DNA of 42,739 nucleotides. Origin: Gaiellaceae bacterium. Lineage in GTDB: Bacteria > Actinomycetota > Thermoleophilia > Gaiellales > Gaiellaceae. Under the pieces are notes generated by a model. It made no database searches. It was not told the DNA's origin and saw only the letters and a program-made list of their open reading frames with translations. The stretch's first letter is position 1; every line of letters begins with the position of its first letter. The stretch is from NCBI GenBank assembly GCA_035605555.1, contig DASTHD010000056.1:1-42739 (forward strand), given 5' to 3'. Shown here piece by piece: positions 25,705-34,179 of this stretch. The translations under genes and the position numbers were made by a program.

Positions 25705-28700
25705 TCACTCGCCCACACGCGTCCCTGTCGGGAGCTCGAAGACGAAGCTCGCGCCGTGGCCGGCGCCTGGATCGACCCACAGCCGGCCCCCCATCGCCGT
25801 CGCGAGACCGCGGGCAATGAAGAGGCCGAGGCCGGTTCCGCCCGAATCCGGACCGGCTGGATCCGCACGGTAGAACTTTCGGAAGATGCGCTCCTGCTCC
25901 CCGCTGGGGACGCCGGAGCCCTCGTCCGCGACGCGAACCTGGACGGCATCGGGCGTGCGCCTCGCAGCCACCGTGACCGTCCCACCGTGCGGCGAGAACT
26001 TGACGGCGTTGTCGAGGAGGTTGGTGAGGATCTGGCGCACCTTATCGCGGTCGGCGCTTGCATCGAGCGGCTCCTCGGGCACGTCGATCACGAAGCGACG
26101 CCCGTTGACGACCTCGCGCTGGACGTTCGAGACCACGTCCGTCACCACATCTCGAAGATCCGTCGACTCGAGCTGGACCTGGAGGTCCCCCGCCTCCAGC
26201 TGCGCGACGCTGAGCAGGGCGTCGACGATGCCCGTCAGCCGTTCCGCCTCGGTCGCGATGTAGCTGAGGAAGGTCCGACGCTCATCGTCGCCGAAGGCGA
26301 CGTCTTCGCGGAGCAGCGTCTCGGCGAAGCCATAGATCGACGTCAGCGGCGCGCGGAGCTCGTGGGAGACGGTCGACACGAACCCCGACTTCAGCTGCTC
26401 CACGAGGCGGTCCGAGGACACGTTCCGGAACGCGTAGATCCGGCCGGCAACCGCGCCCGCCGGGTCGCGCATCACGGCCTCGCTCACGGACAGCCAGATC
26501 TCCTCGCTGCCGCGCTGGATCTGGATCAGCCCCCGTCCTTCCTCGGAGGTCTCGTCCGGATCGAGGCTCCGCTGAAGGACGTCCGACGGCGCGCGCCCGA
26601 GCGCCTCCGAGGCGGGCACGCCCGTGATCTCCTCGGCTGCCGGGTTCCACAGCACGACGTTCCCGTCGCGGTCGACGGCGACGATGCCGTCCGCGACGTT
26701 GCCGAGGATCGCCATGCTCCGCTCCTGCTCGAGCACGACCCGCTGGTAGAGCTGGGCGTTCGAGAGGAATGCCGAGGCGTTCCCGGCCAGTGCGGCGATC
26801 GCCTCGACCTCCTCCTCGCGCCAGGTCCGCGGCTCGCGCGCGTAGACGGCGAGCACGCCCTGCACGGTGCCCTCCGGGCCGACGAGCGGCGCGCCGAGGA
26901 AGGCCCGATGACCGCGCTCCAGCAGCGGATCCGACGCCGCCATCAGCCCTTCGACCTCGCCGAGCGCGACCAGGGCGCGAGTGTTCGCCACCTCGCCGGC
27001 AAGCTCACCGACGGCCGAGGCCCGCGTGCCGAGCGCCTCTTCGGTCCCGTCTCCGTGGGCCGCGCTCACGACGAGCTCCTCGCCCTCGAGCACGCTCACG
27101 ACGGCTGCATCGGCGCCGACGAGCTCGGGCGCCTGCTGGACGATCTCCTCGAGGATCAACTCCGGCTCGAGCTGGCTCGCGAGGTGCGTGCCGGCGCGGG
27201 CGAGCTGCTGCGCGATCGCGCGGGACTTCCGTTCGACCTCGTACAGCTCGGCCCGCTCGAGCGCACCGCGCGCGGCGCCGGCCAGGTTGTGGGCGAGCTC
27301 GATCTCGTCGTCCGAGAAGGACTGCTCCTGGGCGAAGAACACGAGGCCGAGGCCGGGCCCGGCCCGTCTCGGGGCCTCGACGGGAACGGCGAGGAGGGAG
27401 GCAAAGCCCGCCTCGTCGGCAACGGCCGTCCAGTCAGCTCCGAATCGGTCGTCGGAGGCGACGTTCGGTGCGGCCACGACGCGCCCTCGCCTCGCCGACT
27501 CCACGAGCGGCCCCGTTCCCGGCAGACCGTCGGCCAGGAAGACCTCGAGAGGCTCGGGAAGCTCGTGCCTGCCGACCAGGCGGAGCTCCTTCGGCTGCGG
27601 CATCAGCACCGCCGAGAACGAGCCGCCGAGGGCTTCGCTCGCCGCCTGGGCGACGGCGCCGAGCGTCTCGCTGAGCGAGAGCGGCTGCGCGAGCGCCGAG
27701 GCGATGCCGAAGAAGCCTCGCTGGATCCGGACCTGGCGCGCGCTCTGCTCGATGCTCGCGACGTTGCGCAGGGCGACCGAGCCGAGGCTGGCGAAGGCCT
27801 CGAGCACTTCGAGGTCCTCGGGGCTCCAGCTGCGGCTCGTGTCGCGCGTGCCGACCCCGATCACGCCGCGCACCTCGCCCCACCAGGTCATCGGGGCGAC
27901 CATCGCGGCGGCGAACTCCTCGTACACGGGATGGGGCGCGCCGAGCGCGGCGTATTCGCTCGACATGGTGCCCTGGCCGCGGCGCATCGCCTCTCCGGCG
28001 AGCGCCTCGTCCGCCTTGAACTCGAACTCGATCAGCTCGGCCGGCAGGCCGTAGACCGCGGCGCAGCGGAGCATCCCGCGGCGCGTGTCGAGCAGGTAGC
28101 AGTCGGCAGCGTCCGCGTCGAGGAGTTTCGTCACCTCGACCACGAGCCGCTGCAGCACCGTCTCGACCCGCAGCTCGCTCGTCATCGCCTGCGCGGCCTG
28201 CACCAGCGTCGCCTGGCGCGCGAGGCGCTTCCGGTTTTCCTCGAGGAGCTGCGCCGTGTGGAGCGCGAGCCCGATCTCACGCGCGACCGACTCCGCGAGT
28301 GCGGCGTCGGTCGGTGACCAGGGCTCCGCCTGCTCGCGGTGAAGCACGAGCGCGCCGATCGTCCGCTCGAAGACGAAGATCGGCACGGCGAGCACGGATC
28401 GTGTGTCGCGCTCGACGAGGAGCTCGACGCTGCCGAGCTCGGGGTCCGCGAGCTCCGAAGCCTCGGTGACATCGGTGATGGCGATCGTCCGGCGCTCGCG
28501 GATCGCCAGGTTCGGGACCGGCAGCTCCGCGGCGGCGCTTCCGATCGGCGCCACGCCCTCCGCGTCCCACTCGGCTGGAACGGAAGTCGACGCGCCACGC
28601 TCCCCGAGCCGGACGATGCACCGCTGCAGGCCGAGCGCCTTCCCCACCTCCTCCACGGCAATGCCGAGGAGAGCCTCCGTGTCGTGCTCCGACCGGACCT

Positions 28701-29436
28701 TCCGCCCGATCTCTGCGACCAGGCGCTCGCGCGCCAGTGCTTCCTCGAGTTGCGACGCCGAGTTCGTTCGCTCCATGGCCAACGCCGATTCGGCCGCCAG
28801 CGCCTGGAGCAGCGTGATCTCCTCGGCAGGGAAGGCCCGCCGCTCCTTCGTCGTCGCCGCGATCAGCACGGCGATCACGCGCTCGCCGGAGATGAGCGGC
28901 ACGAAGGCAGCGCTTCTCGCTCCCACGCGCTCCGCGACACGTCGGTTCACCCTTGGCGAGGACTCGACGTCGTAGATCGTCAGCGGCGCGGCTTCGAAGG
29001 CGACGCTCGCGACGGCGGACGGCTCGTGCTCGAGGTCGATCCGGAGCGTCGGCCACCAGTCCACGTCCGCGCCGCGGTCCCTCGCGTGGAGGCCGGTCGC
29101 CTCCTTCCGGTCCTCGGAGATGAGCATGACCGCCGCGAAGTCGGACTTCAGGTGCGCGGCCACCTCGTCGAGGAGGACCCGCGCGATCGACTCGGGGTCA
29201 TCGGCGTGGGCCAGTCCCGTTGAGAGCGACGTGATCGTGTCGAGGCTTGCCGGGCCGGGCGGCTCCCGGCCTGGCTCTTGCTCTGGTGTGACCGTCTCGG
29301 CCGACGTACGGCGCCGGTAGACGACCAGCATCACGACCGCGACGGCAAAGATGGCCGCCGCGGCGCCGAGCAGCAGGTAGCCGACGAGGGCCGCAGCGTG
29401 CGGCGGCGCGGTGATGGACACGCTGATCGACGCCAC
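25705..29436 (-). CDS. Membrane-anchored sensor histidine kinase: TM - five tandem GAF-like domains - PAS - HisKA - HATPase_c
   Basis: I propose the start at GTG 29436 (about 1243 aa), just before the single TM helix (AALVGYLLLGAAAAIFAVAVVMLVVY). Third-position GC drops upstream of it. H-box VSHELRAPLTSI, N-box LLDNAVKFSP, G1 DEGSGV and G2 GTGLGL are present. By eye there are five roughly 150-170-aa GAF-like repeats, each ending in a helical linker. Confidence 0.88.
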   Translation of the reverse strand: MASISVSITAPPHAAALVGYLLLGAAAAIFAVAVVMLVVYRRRTSAETVTPEQEPGREPPGPASLDTITSLSTGLAHADDPESIARVLLDEVAAHLKSDFAAVMLISEDRKEATGLHARDRGADVDWWPTLRIDLEHEPSAVASVAFEAAPLTIYDVESSPRVNRRVAERVGARSAAFVPLISGERVIAVLIAATTKERRAFPAEEITLLQALAAESALAMERTNSASQLEEALARERLVAEIGRKVRSEHDTEALLGIAVEEVGKALGLQRCIVRLGERGASTSVPAEWDAEGVAPIGSAAAELPVPNLAIRERRTIAITDVTEASELADPELGSVELLVERDTRSVLAVPIFVFERTIGALVLHREQAEPWSPTDAALAESVAREIGLALHTAQLLEENRKRLARQATLVQAAQAMTSELRVETVLQRLVVEVTKLLDADAADCYLLDTRRGMLRCAAVYGLPAELIEFEFKADEALAGEAMRRGQGTMSSEYAALGAPHPVYEEFAAAMVAPMTWWGEVRGVIGVGTRDTSRSWSPEDLEVLEAFASLGSVALRNVASIEQSARQVRIQRGFFGIASALAQPLSLSETLGAVAQAASEALGGSFSAVLMPQPKELRLVGRHELPEPLEVFLADGLPGTGPLVESARRGRVVAAPNVASDDRFGADWTAVADEAGFASLLAVPVEAPRRAGPGLGLVFFAQEQSFSDDEIELAHNLAGAARGALERAELYEVERKSRAIAQQLARAGTHLASQLEPELILEEIVQQAPELVGADAAVVSVLEGEELVVSAAHGDGTEEALGTRASAVGELAGEVANTRALVALGEVEGLMAASDPLLERGHRAFLGAPLVGPEGTVQGVLAVYAREPRTWREEEVEAIAALAGNASAFLSNAQLYQRVVLEQERSMAILGNVADGIVAVDRDGNVVLWNPAAEEITGVPASEALGRAPSDVLQRSLDPDETSEEGRGLIQIQRGSEEIWLSVSEAVMRDPAGAVAGRIYAFRNVSSDRLVEQLKSGFVSTVSHELRAPLTSIYGFAETLLREDVAFGDDERRTFLSYIATEAERLTGIVDALLSVAQLEAGDLQVQLESTDLRDVVTDVVSNVQREVVNGRRFVIDVPEEPLDASADRDKVRQILTNLLDNAVKFSPHGGTVTVAARRTPDAVQVRVADEGSGVPSGEQERIFRKFYRADPAGPDSGGTGLGLFIARGLATAMGGRLWVDPGAGHGASFVFELPTGTRVGE

Positions 29437-29674
29437 TGGGCTGCACCCGATGATACGGCCCGGAGCCGGCGTAGGTATACGAGGGAGGCCCGCCGCTCGG
29501 GGGGGTCGGTGCGGCGGGCGCTCCCCAGTGCTCACCGCGGATCGTGGCCAGGTACGCGCACCGCGGTTCGCGTCGCCCAGTGGGAGGGACGCTACCCCCA
29601 GATGGGCCAGATTCCAATAGGCCGACCGGCCCATCTTTGTAAGCGGGAAAATAGGTCCGGGCTACGATGCCCGT

Positions 29675-30631
29675 GTGGTGAAGCGCGTCCTCCTGGCGTC
29701 GCCCCGCGGCTACTGCGCCGGGGTCGAGCGCGCCGTCGACACCGTCGAGCGGCTGCTCGACCTCCACGGCCCGCCGGTCTACGTGCGGAAGCAGATCGTG
29801 CACAACGCCCATGTCGTCCGCGAGCTCGAGGGACGGGGCGCGATCTTCGTCGAGAGCGAGACCGAGGTGCCCGAAGGGGCGACGGTCGTCCTGTCGGCGC
29901 ACGGCGTCGCGCCCTCGGTCTATGAGAACGCGAAGACGCGGCGCCTAAACACGATCGACGCCACCTGCCCGTTGGTGACGAAGGTGCACGTGGAGGCGCG
30001 ACGGTACGCAGCCGAGGGGTATGAGATCGCGCTGATCGGCCACGAGGACCACGAAGAGGTGGTGGGAACGACGGGCGAGGCGCCGGACGCGATCGTGCTG
30101 ATCCAGACGGTCGAGGATGCCGAGCGCGTCGAGTTCGCCGATCCCGAGCGCGTCGCCTACATCACGCAGACGACGCTCTCGGTCGACGAGACGTCCGAGA
30201 TCATCGCGGTGCTGCGCCGGCGGTTCCCGGCGATCCGGGCGCCGAAGCGGGACGACATCTGTTACGCGACCTCCAACCGGCAGTGGGCGGTCAAGGACCT
30301 GCTGGCGCAGATCGACCTGCTGCTCGTGATCGGGTCGCGGAACTCGTCCAACTCGAACCGGCTCGTCGAGGTCGCGCGCGCCGGCGGCGTGGCGGCACAC
30401 CTGATCGACGACGAGACGGACATCGAGGAGTCGTGGCTCGACGGCGTCGAGACCGTCGGGATCACCTCGGGGGCCTCGGCGCCGGAGACGCTTGTTACGC
30501 GCGTGTGCGACTGGTTCCGCGCGCGCGGCGTCGAGTCGATCGAGCCCGTCAGGTCGATCGAGGAGGACGTGGTCTTCCGCCTCCCGGTCGAGCTTCGCCG
30601 CGAGCTCGCGCTCGCGGACGCGCAGAACTAG
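29675..30631 (+). CDS. ispH: 4-hydroxy-3-methylbut-2-enyl diphosphate reductase
   Basis: 318 aa with three cluster cysteines in context: GYCAGVERAV, ATCPLVTKVH, DICYATSNRQ. GTG start. Confidence 0.95.
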   Translation: MVKRVLLASPRGYCAGVERAVDTVERLLDLHGPPVYVRKQIVHNAHVVRELEGRGAIFVESETEVPEGATVVLSAHGVAPSVYENAKTRRLNTIDATCPLVTKVHVEARRYAAEGYEIALIGHEDHEEVVGTTGEAPDAIVLIQTVEDAERVEFADPERVAYITQTTLSVDETSEIIAVLRRRFPAIRAPKRDDICYATSNRQWAVKDLLAQIDLLLVIGSRNSSNSNRLVEVARAGGVAAHLIDDETDIEESWLDGVETVGITSGASAPETLVTRVCDWFRARGVESIEPVRSIEEDVVFRLPVELRRELALADAQN

Positions 30632-33600
30632 GCGGCCTTCTCGATCTGCGGCTCGGTCGAGCCGCCGTCCGCTTCGATCGACACCGCCAGCACCTCGTTC
30701 TTGATCCACTCTGCATGCTGCTCGAGCAGGTCGGCGTCTCCCACCGGCAGGGTGACCGCGATCCGGTCGGTCAGCTCGAGGCCGGCCTCGCGCCGCATCG
30801 AGTTCAGGCGGTGGATCAGGTCGAGCACGCGGCCCTCGAGCAGCAGTTCGTCGTCGAGGCGCGTGTCGAGCGCGACGGTGACCCCGTCCTCCGAGACGAG
30901 CTCCCAGCCTTCCTTGCCGCGGCGCTCCACCAGCACCTCGTCCGGCCCGAGCTCGTGGCCGGCGACCCGGAAGCCGCCGTTCGACTGCTCGAACTCGCCG
31001 GCTGCGAGCGCCGCGCGCACGGCTCCGAGCTCGCCGCCGAGCTTCGGCCCGAGCACGGGAAGGTTGGGCCGCACGACGAGCTCCTCCGCCTCGACCTCGC
31101 CCTGCTCGACCTCCTTCACCCGCAGCTCCTCTCGCACCTCGGTGACGTGCTCGTCCGAGAGCCGTGCGCCCTGGACGATCAGCCGGCGCAGGGGCTGGCG
31201 CAGTTTCAGCCCGGACGCCGAGCGTGCCTGGCGACCGAGCTCGACGACGCGCCGCGTCTCCGCCACCTCGCCCAGCAGCGCCTGATCCGGGTCACCGGGG
31301 TCGGGCCAGCCGGCGAGGTGCACCGACTCGGGCGCGCCCTCCACCGAACCGCGCACGAGCACGTCCCACAGATGCTCGGCCAGGAACGGCATCACGGGCG
31401 CGATCACGCGCAGCGACTGCACGAGGGCATGCCAGAGCGTGGCGAAGGCGCCCTCGTCGAACGAGTAGAAGCGCCGTCGCGAGCGCCGGATGTACCAGTT
31501 CGAGAGGTCGTCCACGAAGCGGTCGAATGCGCTGATCACGTCGACGGTCAAGAACGACTCGTAGGCAGCAGTCGCCTCGTCCACGAACTCCCCGGTTCGT
31601 GCGACGAGCCACCGGTCGAGCGGCGCCGCCGGCTCGACGGCCCGGCCCCACTCCGGCCGGAAGCCCTCGATGTTGGCGTAGGTGACGAAGAACCCGACCG
31701 AGTTCCAGAAGGTGAGCAGCTTCCGCTTGATCTCGTGCGCCGGCCCGTACCCGAAGAGCAGGTTCCGGTCGGGCGGCTGCGCGCAGAACTGCCAGCGCAT
31801 CACGTCCGCGCCCATTCGCGCGAACGCCTCCTCGGCCTCGATCATGTTCCCCCACGAGCCGTGCATCTCGTGGCCGTGCTCGTCGAGCATCTTCTCGTAG
31901 CCGAGCACCTGCGCATACGGGGCGCGTCCCGTCAGAGCGACCGACATGAAGTGCTGGGAGTAGAACCAGAGCCGGATCTGCTCGCGCATCTCCGAGACCC
32001 AGTCCGCCGGGAACCATTCCTCCCAGTAGGTGTGATCGGGAAGGTCGGCGCGAGTGAGTCCCTTCGCTGCGCCCGTCGCGAACCCCTCGGGCACGAATTC
32101 GTCGTTCTCCCACCCGAGCGTCGAGAAGGGGACGATGCCGGCGTCGAGCCAGACGTCGCCGACCTCGGGGATGCGCCGAACGTCCTCCCCGCACTCCTCA
32201 CACCGGATCGGAACCTCGTCCACCCACGGCCGGCGGAGCTCCTCGAGCTGCTCGAGGCCGCGGATTGCCCGCTCTTCCAGCTCCGCCCGAGACCCGACGA
32301 CGTTGAGGTGCCCGCAGCTGCACTCGTAGAACGGCAGCGGCAGGCCGTAGTACCGCCGGCGGGAGATGTTCCAGTCGCCCATGTTCCGCAGCCAGTCGTC
32401 CATCCGCTTGCCCATGTACTCGGGCGTCCAGGCGACCGTCGCGTTCGCGTCGAGCAGCTGCTGCCGAAGCCCGTCGACGCCGATGAACCAGTCGTCCGTG
32501 ACGCGGAAGATGAGCGGCGTGGAGCAGCGCCAGCAGTGCGGGTAGCGGTGCACGATCTCTCCCGACTCGACGAGCCGTCCGCGCTCGGCCAGGTTCTGGA
32601 CGATCTGGTCGGTGGACTCGACCGTGCTCGCGCCGTGGAGCCAGCCGAACGACTCGTAGAACCGGCCGGCGTCGTCCACGGGCACGATCACACGGAGGCC
32701 CAGGTCGCGCCCGAGCTCGAAGTCCTCGGTCCCGGCGCCGGGAGCGATGTGGACGATGCCGGTTCCCTCGTCGAGCGCCACCTCGTCCCAGGGGATGACG
32801 CGGTGCTCGGTGCCGCTCACCCCTGGGAGGTCGTCGAACGGCCCGTCGTAAGTCAGGCCGACGAGGTCCTCGCCCTTGACCGTTTGCACGGCGACCTCGT
32901 CGGGGTAGAGCTCGCGCGCGACCCAGTCGCCGTTTTCGCGGAGGACGTACTCGGCGTCGGGCTTGACGGCGGCGGCCACGTTGGCGGGGAGCGTCCACGG
33001 TGTGGTCGTCCAGACGACGAGTGACTCGCCGTGTCGCTCCTTCAGCGGCAGCCGGACGTAGACCGACGGATCTGTCTTGTCCCGGTAGACGTCGCTCATC
33101 GTCAGCTCGTGCTGGGAGATCGACGTCCCGCAACGCGGGCACCACTCGGTCGAGCGGTGGCCTTTGAAGAGCCGCTCCTCCTCGTGCATCCGCTTGAGGA
33201 AGCGCCAGATGTACTCGATGTTCGTGTCGCTGAACGTGAAGTAGTCCCGGCCCCAGTCCATCCACTGTCCGAGCCGCTTCGACCCCCGCGTCAGCTCCTC
33301 CGCCGACCAGATCACCTTCTCGCGACAGCGCCGCGCGAACTCGGCGAGGCCGTACTCCTCGATCTCCCGCTTCGAGTTCAGGCCGAGCTCCCGCTCCACC
33401 CCGACCTCGATCCAGAGGCCCTGGCAGTCGAAGCCGTTCTGATAGCGCTGGTGGAAGCCGCGGAGGGCCTTGTAGCGCTGGAAGACGTCTTTGAGCGTCC
33501 GGCCCCAGGCGGTGTGGACGCCGAGGATCTTGTTCGCCGTCACCGGCCCGTCCGTGAAGCTCCACTTCGGCCCGTCGGCGTTCTGCTCGCGAAGCTTCTC

Positions 33601-33696
33601 GAAGGTGCCCTCACGATCCCACCGGTCGAGCACTTCGAGCTCGAGCGCCGGATGATCCGGAACCGAGGGCAGCGGTTCGAAGACCTGGTCGGCCAT
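30628..33696 (-). CDS. ileS: Isoleucine--tRNA ligase (divergent signature motifs)
   Basis: I chose ATG 33696 (1022 aa): MADQVFEPLPSVPDHPALELEVLDRW... IleRS hallmarks are WTTTPWTLPAN, HCWRCSTPL and WNISRRRYYGLPLP. The 346-codon upstream extension of the track ORF overlaps trxA and the lipid kinase in antisense and is rejected. Confidence 0.92.
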   Translation of the reverse strand: MADQVFEPLPSVPDHPALELEVLDRWDREGTFEKLREQNADGPKWSFTDGPVTANKILGVHTAWGRTLKDVFQRYKALRGFHQRYQNGFDCQGLWIEVGVERELGLNSKREIEEYGLAEFARRCREKVIWSAEELTRGSKRLGQWMDWGRDYFTFSDTNIEYIWRFLKRMHEEERLFKGHRSTEWCPRCGTSISQHELTMSDVYRDKTDPSVYVRLPLKERHGESLVVWTTTPWTLPANVAAAVKPDAEYVLRENGDWVARELYPDEVAVQTVKGEDLVGLTYDGPFDDLPGVSGTEHRVIPWDEVALDEGTGIVHIAPGAGTEDFELGRDLGLRVIVPVDDAGRFYESFGWLHGASTVESTDQIVQNLAERGRLVESGEIVHRYPHCWRCSTPLIFRVTDDWFIGVDGLRQQLLDANATVAWTPEYMGKRMDDWLRNMGDWNISRRRYYGLPLPFYECSCGHLNVVGSRAELEERAIRGLEQLEELRRPWVDEVPIRCEECGEDVRRIPEVGDVWLDAGIVPFSTLGWENDEFVPEGFATGAAKGLTRADLPDHTYWEEWFPADWVSEMREQIRLWFYSQHFMSVALTGRAPYAQVLGYEKMLDEHGHEMHGSWGNMIEAEEAFARMGADVMRWQFCAQPPDRNLLFGYGPAHEIKRKLLTFWNSVGFFVTYANIEGFRPEWGRAVEPAAPLDRWLVARTGEFVDEATAAYESFLTVDVISAFDRFVDDLSNWYIRRSRRRFYSFDEGAFATLWHALVQSLRVIAPVMPFLAEHLWDVLVRGSVEGAPESVHLAGWPDPGDPDQALLGEVAETRRVVELGRQARSASGLKLRQPLRRLIVQGARLSDEHVTEVREELRVKEVEQGEVEAEELVVRPNLPVLGPKLGGELGAVRAALAAGEFEQSNGGFRVAGHELGPDEVLVERRGKEGWELVSEDGVTVALDTRLDDELLLEGRVLDLIHRLNSMRREAGLELTDRIAVTLPVGDADLLEQHAEWIKNEVLAVSIEADGGSTEPQIEKAA

Positions 33697-33758
33697 GTGT
33701 TCGATTTTACGGAGGGTCGGGAACACGCCAGCCGTGCCCGTCGTTAGCCTCTCCGCAA

Positions 33759-33770
33759 CCTTTCGAAAGG
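33759..33770. promoter_or_regulatory. Perfect 12-bp palindrome CCTTTCGAAAGG in the ileS/trxA divergent intergenic region, overlapping the trxA SD
   Basis: Seen directly in the sequence. It ends 7 nt before the trxA ATG and contains the AAGG of the likely SD. Confidence 0.3.
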
Positions 33771-33777
33771 AACCTTC

Positions 33778-34110
33778 ATGTCTCAAGCACAGACCGTCAC
33801 CGAGGAGACCTTCGACCAGGAGGTCCTCTCGTCCGACACCCCGGTCCTCGTGGACTTCTGGGCCGAGTGGTGCCAGCCGTGCAAGCTCGTCGAGCCCGCC
33901 CTCGAGCGGATCGTCGAGGAGCGGAACGGCGAGATCAGGCTCGTCAAGGTGAACATCGACGAGGAGCAGGGCCTCGCGCAGCGCTATGGCGTCGCGTCGA
34001 TTCCGTTCATGGTGCTCTTCAGGGACGGCGAGCCCGCCGCCGCCGCGATCGGCGCACAGCCGAAGTCGGCGCTCGAGCGCTCTCTCGGCCTCGAGCCCGT
34101 CGAGGCCTAG
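33778..34110 (+). CDS. trxA: Thioredoxin
   Basis: 110 aa with LVDFWAEWCQPCK (CxxC active site, here CQPC) and the cis-Pro context SIPFMVLF. Confidence 0.93.
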   Translation: MSQAQTVTEETFDQEVLSSDTPVLVDFWAEWCQPCKLVEPALERIVEERNGEIRLVKVNIDEEQGLAQRYGVASIPFMVLFRDGEPAAAAIGAQPKSALERSLGLEPVEA

Positions 34111-34179
34111 CGAAGCCTGCCGGGCTTCCTGCTGATCAACCCGCGCTCGGGTGACGACAACCCGAGCGCGGAGGACCTG

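Noticed and set aside
25498-28317. 939-aa plus-strand ORF antisense to the histidine kinase
   Set aside because: Same artefact class. The translation is Arg/Asp/Leu/Gly-rich with no domains, and the opposite strand carries intact H, N, G1 and G2 boxes.
29437-29634. 66-codon extension of the histidine-kinase ORF up to ATG 29634
   Set aside because: Third-position GC drops noticeably in this stretch and the translation is non-protein-like. The TM helix follows immediately after GTG 29436. The start remains unverified.
30283-33024. 913-aa plus-strand ORF antisense to ileS, plus other long alternative-frame ORFs (e.g. 7264-8334, 14457-15989, 16382-17914, 22359-23648)
   Set aside because: These are shadow ORFs in a ~70% GC genome. 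They run across tRNA genes or well-supported CDSs and have Arg/Pro-dominated translations.
33697-33777. T-box leader upstream of ileS (and likewise upstream of valS, 10774-10889)
   Set aside because: The intergenic regions are only 81 and 116 nt. I found no T-box consensus (GGTGG-ACCGCG-like) and no specifier/antiterminator arrangement.
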